A stretch of DNA of 64,000 bases, taken from positions 1-64,000 of IMG/VR virus record IMGVR_UViG_3300012665_000509; one strand, given 5' to 3'. Of this stretch, positions 46,751 to 55,900 are shown one piece after another. This DNA comes from a virus (taxonomy: Duplodnaviria; Caudoviricetes). The number at the start of each line of letters is the position of its first letter. Within the stretch, counting starts at the first letter, position 1. The notes under the pieces are model-generated. The model saw only the letters and a program-made list of their open reading frames with translations, was not told the origin of the DNA and ran no database searches. Made by a program: the position numbers and the translations under genes.

Positions 46751-47671
46751 TTAAAACCCTTCGTATCTAGTTGGCCATTTAACGTTAACTGCTGAATTAG
46801 GGAACATTGCCCGTTTAGCTAACATCAATTCAAATGTTGCTTTGTTAAATTTAAATTTTTGATGTAATTCGTTAACTGCTAATGCCAAGTCCATCATGGC
46901 ATTCATTGTTTCATTACTTAATTGTAACTTTTCTTTTAGTTCTTTGTCAATCCAAATGGCGTGCTGCATTGAAGTTGGATGTGTATCTAAAAATGTCTTA
47001 TGTTTACGAACTGTATCAGTGAACTCAAAAGTTAACTGTGGTGTTTCCTTAGCCATAGTTTCCATGGGGGTTAACCAGTGGTCTGCGTACTTCTCCCATA
47101 TTTGGCGTTCGTATATTTTTAGTTCAGGAATCTTATGCCATGCCGCTTTTTCTTCTGTAAGCAGTACATCTTCTAAAAAGTCAGTATGTTCACCAATACC
47201 GTCGTTATCACGCAAATCAGTGCCCATATTTCTAATATCACCAATACTGGTCATGTACCAAGTACACCCTGTTGACTCTAATAGTCCTTGAGTTAGACTA
47301 ATATGATTTAAGGTGTGCATAAAATATGCTGGCTCAAAGAAGAATGTATTAATCCACTTTTTATCGTACAGCTTGGCATTAATATAGTTAAAAATACTTC
47401 CAGCAGTTTTCCAGTTAGCAAGCCTTTCTGGCAAACTGTGCATGTGCCAAAAATCATTACGTAGATGACTTGACCATTGTACAATTACAACGTCGTCTTT
47501 AGTAAATTGGTGCTTGGCATTTGCCTCTGCTATGCGTTCAGCAATAGCACGATTACCGATACCGGACAACCCCCAGTTTTCCATGTAGTCAAACTCTAGC
47601 CCTAACATGTCAGCCCAAGTGGGCCAACTGTAACTAGTATAACTACAACCAAAAGCAAATAGTCTTCTCAT
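46751..47671 (-). CDS. SGNH/GDSL-like acyl hydrolase or transferase
   Basis: N-terminal FAFGCSYT, NWGLSGIGN, IVQWS, distal DTHP. Confidence 0.6.
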   Translation of the reverse strand: MRRLFAFGCSYTSYSWPTWADMLGLEFDYMENWGLSGIGNRAIAERIAEANAKHQFTKDDVVIVQWSSHLRNDFWHMHSLPERLANWKTAGSIFNYINAKLYDKKWINTFFFEPAYFMHTLNHISLTQGLLESTGCTWYMTSIGDIRNMGTDLRDNDGIGEHTDFLEDVLLTEEKAAWHKIPELKIYERQIWEKYADHWLTPMETMAKETPQLTFEFTDTVRKHKTFLDTHPTSMQHAIWIDKELKEKLQLSNETMNAMMDLALAVNELHQKFKFNKATFELMLAKRAMFPNSAVNVKWPTRYEGF

Positions 47672-48688
47672 TTACTTCTGTTCTGGAGGGCAACAAGCCG
47701 CTGGTGCTTGAGTAGTAATGGCAATGGCAGCGCCTGGGTTGTCATGTCGCTTGTATTTTGCTTCGCCTTTGACTACTGAATCAATAATAGCATCTTCAAT
47801 TTTTTCATTCATAATCATAATACCGTCATTGCCGCGATCAGCAACTTCGTCCATAGTGATTCTAATTGGGCTATAACGTCTTACATCACCGCCCATGTCT
47901 AATACATCAAACTTTTTATAGTTAGGATATGTTACATTAATACCAAATGTAGAACCAGTAACAACTGTAGCAGGGATATCTAAAGAATACGCAATGTGTT
48001 GTCCCACACTATCACAACCTAAGAAATAATTACAACCGGCAATAACTGCCGACCATTGGCGTAAACTAATTCCCTGGGGATGAGCAACAGGATCTTTACA
48101 GCCGTACTGGGCAAAATCAATACCAATTTCACTCATTAGTACAACAGCATATTTCTTTTGTAGTTTCTTAACAATATTAATAACGTGTTGACCTTCAAAG
48201 CTACGTGCTGATGGATCAAAAATAACACCATTTTGACTTTGAACACCACGACCAAACGGTTGGAATACAACTACTTTATCTTTTTTAGTTTTTTCTTTTA
48301 CTTCTTTAATCACGTTAAAGCCAGTAAACAGCTCTTCATTTGATAATTTAAGGCTTGGCTTTTGTAACTCTCTAACACCTTTGTTATTAATGGCAATGTC
48401 ATAAGCCTGCGCAATTGAACATTGCTGGTTATAATATTCCCAAACTCTGTAAGGTTCTGGACTTACAATGTCCATATTGATCAACTTGTCTTCAAACAAG
48501 TTTTTGTGCCAATGATCGTAGGCACGTTCGTGTAGTAATGGGTGTCCTTTGTAAAAGTCCGTTCCGCCTTCACACACAATAATAAAATCTTTACCGTTTT
48601 CTTCTGCGTACTTTTCCAATGCTGGAATTGAGCATAATACGCGACCTGCGCCGCCGTTAATAAAGAATGCTTTTGCTCTTTGGGTCAT
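47672..48688 (-). CDS. GT-B fold, family 9-like (heptosyltransferase-like) glycosyltransferase
   Basis: GGAGRVLCSIPAL (cf. GIGD....P) and FLGCDSVGQHIAYSL (cf. DSG..H.A.A); start revised to ATG 48688. Confidence 0.72.
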   Translation of the reverse strand: MTQRAKAFFINGGAGRVLCSIPALEKYAEENGKDFIIVCEGGTDFYKGHPLLHERAYDHWHKNLFEDKLINMDIVSPEPYRVWEYYNQQCSIAQAYDIAINNKGVRELQKPSLKLSNEELFTGFNVIKEVKEKTKKDKVVVFQPFGRGVQSQNGVIFDPSARSFEGQHVINIVKKLQKKYAVVLMSEIGIDFAQYGCKDPVAHPQGISLRQWSAVIAGCNYFLGCDSVGQHIAYSLDIPATVVTGSTFGINVTYPNYKKFDVLDMGGDVRRYSPIRITMDEVADRGNDGIMIMNEKIEDAIIDSVVKGEAKYKRHDNPGAAIAITTQAPAACCPPEQK

Positions 48689-48780
48689 ATGATATCCTAA
48701 TCTGATAGTAATGCAATTTAGCATATTTTTAAGTTGCGAGCAAGAGTTTTGAATAGCTAAATATGTAAAAGGGCGAGAAA

Positions 48781-49179
48781 ATGAACTTTGCAAAATACTT
48801 TACCCGTGGCTTAAAAAACACCCTAAGATTGATAAATGGGGTAAATTTCTCACACCAAGGCCCATGGGTTTCAGTTGGTACTAACGGCATAACCGTTGAT
48901 AATTTCCATGTAGGAGATTTTATGGCTGTAGATTACACTATTGCTGTAGACCATAGTACCGGAAAAAAAGAACTTATTAAATGTTTGGTAGTTGCTGGCC
49001 CACAAGAAGCTAGTTTAACTATCTATGGCCGAACAAATCTTGGGGAAAATCTAGTAGAATTAACAGCTACAGTTGACAGTTCTCGTGTATTTTTAAACGC
49101 AACGCAAGCTAACAGTTTAGGCGGCAAGCTGATTTTTAGTGCCAACTATTACAAAACGTTAAATGAATTGCACGTATAA
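48781..49179 (+). CDS. small beta-rich virion protein
   Basis: 132 aa after late promoter CTAAATA 48757-48763. Confidence 0.55.
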   Translation: MNFAKYFTRGLKNTLRLINGVNFSHQGPWVSVGTNGITVDNFHVGDFMAVDYTIAVDHSTGKKELIKCLVVAGPQEASLTIYGRTNLGENLVELTATVDSSRVFLNATQANSLGGKLIFSANYYKTLNELHV

Positions 49180-49212
49180 TACACCTAGATAAATATAAGA
49201 TCGGAGCAATCA

Positions 49213-49929
49213 ATGACAATTAATTTAACGCCGTTAGAGTCCAAATTTGGTTTTAAAGCACCGGGATTCTCTGTCGATACTGCGGGTAACTTAATTGCTA
49301 CCTCTGTACAAGCAAGTAGTTTTACATCCGATGGTGCCGCAATTACGCTAGGTAATATTGTACTTCAAGATAACTTCATTGCTAACGAGTTTATTAATTC
49401 GTCAATCGGCACTGTTGATGAAACTGATCTACATATTAGTACAAATCTTGTTTTAGAACAAGGCACTATACAATACGACATTACTGCCAAAGATATATAT
49501 GTTCAAAAAATATTGGCCAGTCAAGGTAGCCTGACTATAGAAACAACAGATGCTCCGCTTTTCTTAAAAACAAATTTTAGAGTTACAGTACAAAGCAGTC
49601 CGTTAAGACTGGCAGAGTTTGAAGAAGCAGACCGTGATGATATTATTCCAGCTACAGGCGATCTTGTTTTTAACTCGGATACTAACGCAATAAATTTCTA
49701 TAACGGTAGTGCCTGGAAAAATATTAATAGTATGGGTAACATATCAGTTACTAATACTACTATGTCTGCGGGACTTGCCGAAGACATCTCAATCATTCCG
49801 CAAACAGGCGGCAGTGTAATTGTTAACAATCTTGTAATTAACGATTTACCAGTAGAAAATGAACAAGCAACACGAAAAGATTACGTGGATAGAAGAATCG
49901 CCGCATTTGCAATTGCGTTTGGGGCATAA
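49213..49929 (+). CDS. virion fibre-type protein
   Basis: GDLVFNSDTNAINFYNGSAW; ATRKDYVD; ends IAAFAIAFGA; late promoter GATAAATA 49188-49195. Confidence 0.6.
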   Translation: MTINLTPLESKFGFKAPGFSVDTAGNLIATSVQASSFTSDGAAITLGNIVLQDNFIANEFINSSIGTVDETDLHISTNLVLEQGTIQYDITAKDIYVQKILASQGSLTIETTDAPLFLKTNFRVTVQSSPLRLAEFEEADRDDIIPATGDLVFNSDTNAINFYNGSAWKNINSMGNISVTNTTMSAGLAEDISIIPQTGGSVIVNNLVINDLPVENEQATRKDYVDRRIAAFAIAFGA

Positions 49930-49939
49930 AGGATAATAA

Positions 49940-52900
49940 ATGGCTAAGCAAAGACTTCAAAATTATGTGTTTTTACCAGGAGTGGCTAGTAGCAGTAATG
50001 CCTACCCCGACGCTTATTGGTTAATAGAAGCTAACAAAACTTTTATTAAGAAAGAAGCAATCGCATATTTAGGTGCGACAATTGCTAGCGATACCGCAGT
50101 AAACTATAATCCGTATGCTGTTACTCTATTAACACTTAACAAAGCATTTTTATTAGATGAAATGGTAGCTTGGATTAATTACCAAGTAGCTAACAGTATT
50201 TCTCCGTTTGTAGGTTATACCTACGATGCTAGCAAGTGTCGTAGAGATCTAGGTTATATGATTGACGCTATCATATATGACGTTCGATACGGCGGTAATG
50301 AAAAAACTATTGAGACATTAAAACAATACTGGCTAAGCGGTGTTGCTCAAGTACGCCAGTTTGCCGAAGTAGCATTTTACGGACAATTAAGAACAATTTT
50401 AAACAACAGCATTTTATCAAACTCGCTGTATATTAGCCAACAAAGTCCCGTAGTTTCAACACAACAAGTAACATTAAACAATGCTGAAGATTCAGCAGTT
50501 ACTAATGTGTACACTCTATTAACACTTACGAGTAACGTAATACAAAACGGATTGTCAGTATTACCTGCGCCAGCAAGCATTGTATACCCTGACGCGGTTA
50601 ATGCTATTAGTATTAACAAACAATTCTTAAAAGATGAAATTGCCGCATGGATTGCTGAACAAGTAGAGGCTGAAAGTGAGTATAATTTAAAGCCTAATGC
50701 CTATTCATCATTAATACTTAATAAAACATTTATTGGTGAAGAAGCAGTTGCTTGGATCAATATACAAATAGCCGGCAACATTGCGCCATTTGTTAGCCCA
50801 AACATTGTTACATACGATCCAAGCGGAACTAAGTGTAAACGTGACATTGGCTATATTGTAGATGCTATTGCTAAAGACTTACGATTTGGCGGCAATGAAA
50901 ATTTAAGAAAAGTATTGTCAATGTATTGGATTAACGGCGTTGCGCAAATTGACGGCCCACGTACTCCAGAAGTTGCTACTTACGAATTTGTTAAGACATT
51001 AATTAACAATTATATTTTACCGCAAGTCACATATACTAGCGCACAAACAAACGTATCTCAAAACTTATCCGGTAGTGCTCCTGAGACAGGTGTAATTACT
51101 ACAGTTGCTAGTTTCCTTGACTCAGCTAAGAGTACTATTGAACTTGGCCTTGCTAGTTTGCCAACAGCAGTAGCTCCAACATATCCGTGGGGTGCCTACA
51201 CTTATAATAAAGAAAAATGTAAACGCGATGTTGGTTATATTGTTGATGCGTACATCTATGACCTAAGCTACGGCGGAAATGAAAAGACTAGAGAAACTGT
51301 TAGCTTATATTGGTCAGGTACTACTCCGCAGATTGACGGCAGTAGAATACAGGAAGAATTAGCACACACCCAATTACGCGACATTATTAAAAATTATATT
51401 ATTCCAGGTGTGACGTACGAAACATCGCAGGCTACACCAGTAGACAGTAGTCAAGTGTTAGTAGCCGCAGGTGAAGTAGCCGCCGTTACAAAAATTAACA
51501 CACTAGCAGGCATCGTTACAGATGTGATAGTTAACGGATTAACAGCACTACCAGATTTAGAAACAGGTGCTAACTTAAACTTCTCAACTAGAAATTTTGC
51601 CGGCTACACTTATGATTCAGCTAAGTGCGAACGAGACATGAACTATGTGTTAGACGCATACTTAAATGACTTACGTTACGGCGGAAATTATAGAACTAGA
51701 TTTATTGTATCTCGTTACTGGGAAGGAACACAAGCACAAGTTGACGGTGATAGAAAACCAGAAATTGCTGTACATAATTTTATTCGTGACTTAATCAACA
51801 ATCGAATTATACCACAGTCAGTTAGTGATGCCCCATATCAAAGTACTTACGATCAAGTTACTAATTTAGGTAAGACTGGTGAAGTAGCCGCAAAATCTAG
51901 TATCAGTGCTTTAGCATTTATTGTTACTAACGTAATAACCAACGGGTTATCAGCAATACCAGCATTAGTTAACGGTGTTACTACTATTAAGGTTCAAGGC
52001 AAACACGAGTTAGGTGAAATATTATTAATTACAAATACATCTAACAATGAAATATTATACAACTTTAGTGATCCAACAATTAAAGGTATCATTACATTTG
52101 ATTCAACATATAACAGTAACGGTATTGCTAGAGAAGAAGACTTTCCTAAATTCTTACAAACAGCAGACTACGTTACAACTATTACCTTAGACGTTGATAC
52201 AAGCAACCGCTTCCGTGACGATCAAATTCAAATATTTGTTGAACAAAAAGAAATGCGTGTTCGACCATACGACTTTGGCACAGATGCTATCGAACGTATG
52301 CGTGTTGCGCAACCACAGTCTATGCTTGACGCTGACTTTGAGTATGGATTACAACCAACTAAGTGGCAAGCAATTGGTATTAGCCGAGGCTACCCGTCAG
52401 TGTACGAAATCCCAGGTACTGATACACAAGTATTATCAGTAGTAACTGATGCGTCTACTGGAACAGGCGGCATCGGCCAATCATTAATTACAGTTACAAC
52501 AGCCGGCTCACATGGTTTTACTGTTGGTACTCCAATAACTATCCGAGCACTGGCTAATACAATTAGCGGCTTTAGTCGAGCAGAAGGCACTTTCTTAATA
52601 CAAGGTGTACCGTCGCTAACAACATTTACATATTATGCCGTATCTAAAGTAGGTACTAGTAATGGCCAAATTCTTGCTACTACATATACACAGTTACGCA
52701 AAGGTGCGTTCTATACAGGCGCGGCACTAGGCCAGCCAACATTTAACGTTGCTTCAAACGGAACATTAGCTACTCTTACAACAGTATTCAACACACCGGC
52801 AGGCGGAGACCAGTTAGCATGGTCTGGATCAAATGTCCCAGACATTGGTTCACCGTTATCTGGAACAGGAATAGGTAGTGGCGCACAGATTACTGCTGTT

Positions 52901-55900
52901 GTTGGTACAGGCGGATTATCAGTAACTTCAGACATTGAGTTTGACGTGCCAATTAATGCTACTTCAATGGTACTAACAGACGCAACCGGCGTATTAGAAG
53001 GTATGGCCATAGACAACGGCTCTGGTACTGCTATATTTGTATCGGGCATTGCTAGTAACACTATTAGTTTTACTGGCCCTATTACAACATTCCGACGCGG
53101 TAATACAGCAACCTATATAAATGTATCTGGTACAAACATAAATTCTAACGGCACTGGAGCAACGTTCAGTGTTGATCGTGTGCTAGGAGTATATCAAGTA
53201 TCAATTATTACACCAGGTAGTGATTATATTGTTGGAAATCGAATTAAAATATTAGGTACTGACCTTGGTGGTGCTGACGGTGTTAACGATTTAATTATAA
53301 CTGCTGCCACTGTAACAGAACCTAACGGTGTACTTACTTTTGACAACGCAACATTAGTTGGTGGTACTGGCTATAGCAATACAACTTATCCTACAACAGG
53401 TGGCGACGGTACCGGATTAACTGTTGATGTAGTAGTTGACGGTAGCAATATTATTACAAGCGTAACAATTAATAATCCAGGCACAGGATATGCCGCAGCC
53501 GACGTTATTACTATAGACGGCGGCGACGATAATGCTACAATAACTGTACTAACTGTAGGCGGCGGCCTAATTACTGGAATTACAACACAAGGTACGTCAG
53601 TGACTGGCGGTGCGTCATATCCGTTGTTAACACAAAATTCTGTAACAAGCGGAGGTTCATATACTGAAGTTCCGCAACAAAGCACAAGTGGTGGCGGAAG
53701 TGGATCTAAGTTTAATGTCATCCGTCAATTTGGTGCTTATGGTGTTACACTTGCTACCGGATTTGAAGGTACTGGGTACGCTGTAAATGATACTATTACT
53801 TTATTAGGAACCTTAGTTGGCGGTTCAACTCCGGCAAACGACATCACAATAACCGTAACTGGTATTACCGATGAAGGTGCCGGTACTGGCCCAATTACAA
53901 CATTTACTAGCGCAGGTACTGGTACTAGCACAAGTTCAGGTGCTGATGTATTGTTCACAATCAATCGAGCGTTAAGTGTGTACACTATTGGAGAAATTAC
54001 ACAAGCCGGTACTGGATATCTAGAAGGTGATAACATTGTAATTTTAGGAACAGATCTTGGCGGCTTAACACCAGACAATGATTTAATTATTACCGTAACC
54101 GGAGTAGACCTTGACGGCGGCGTGGCAGCAACATCGGTTGCTGGTGTGGCTATTACTGGTAACGCAACGTTTGGAACATTACCTGGCACTAATATTGTAC
54201 CAACAGGCGCAGATGCTTCGTTTAATGTTACCCGTTCAGGTGGCGGCTACACTAACGTTGTAGTCAATAATCCAGGTACTAATTATTTCCAAGGCGATCA
54301 GATTACATTGTTAGGTACAAGTCTAGGTGGATTAAGCCCGGCAAACGATGTAGTTATTCGTGTAACTGGCGTAACATCTAACAGTATTAATACAGCTTCA
54401 ATTATATCTGGTACTGCTATTACAGGAACAACAGTTGGTTATTATTCAGGAATAGCATTTAGTGAATTAACAACAGCCGCAATTCCCGCAGGTTCTACAA
54501 TTAACGCATCGGCAATCGCATTAATTGAAGTTATTTTCCAATCACCGCACGGATTAATTCCAGGCGCAAACTTATTAGTTGATATTACTAGTAACGGTAC
54601 AAACCATGCGTTAGCAAAAGGTCCGTTCTATGCTGAACAAGTACCTACAGTAAACACTGTACGATATACCGTAAGAGCGACCGGTACTGTTGATACCGGT
54701 ACGGCGTTGGCCGGTATTGTGTACGCTAGACCAGACAGCTACTTTGTCCACAGACCATATGACGGCGGTGTTCAATTAGGTACCGGCGGTCCACAACACG
54801 GTGCTCAAGCAATTCGTATGAGTAAGAAATATATTCGTTACCAATCAGGTAAGGGTATTATGTACACCACCGGTGCGCTATTTGCTCCGAGCTATAGTTT
54901 ACAAAACTTAACAGCTACTGGTCTTACTGCTGGATCATATATCACTATTACTACAGACGATGTTGACCACGGCTGTCAAGTTGGCGGTGTTATTAAGATC
55001 AATGGTGTAGATACTGGCGGATATAACGGCATCTATACAGTAGTTGATGTGATTAATGAACGTCAACTAAGAGTTCAAGCACAGGGCGGCTTAGCCAATG
55101 TATACGCAACTATTACAACTAACGCACAAATGTCCATACAAAACTGGCACGGTGCTACTGTACGAGCAGGTGTGTATGATGACCAGAACGGTATGTATTG
55201 GCAATATGACGGTAGAAATCTAGCAGTTGGTCGTAGAAGCTCAACATTCCAGTTATCGGGTGTAGTAAACATTGCTAGAGACACTAACGTGATCACTGGT
55301 ATTAATACACGATTCCGTGATCAAATTAAAGCAGGTGACAGAATTGTTATCAAAGGTATGACTCATGTGGTATCAAACGTAACAAGTCAGACCAGCATGT
55401 CAGTGACTCCAGACTATCGTGGAGCAGTTGATTGCGTACAATCTAAAGTGTGTTTAGTACAAGATTTAATTATTAATCAAAATGACTTTAACTTAGATCG
55501 ATTAGACGGCACAGGGCCAAGCGGCTATAATCTTGACACATCATTTATGCAGATGATTGGTATTCAGTATAGCTGGTATGGTGCTGGATTTATTGATTAC
55601 ATGCTACGTGGTAGTGACGGTAATTATGTATTCGCGCACAGAATTCGTAACAGTAACGTAAACACTGAAGCGTATATGCGTACTGGTAACTTACCAGTTC
55701 GATACGAAGTTATTAATGAAAGTGCTTTTGGTAAACTAGCGCAATCTATTACTAGAACACAAACAACAATACCTTTATTAGATGCGTCTGCTTTCCCAGA
55801 TGAGTCTGGCATTGTTTATATTGACAACGAATTAATTGCGTTCAGCGGCAAAGTAGACAATTCATTAGTTGGATGTACACGTGGCGCACCAATGACAAAC

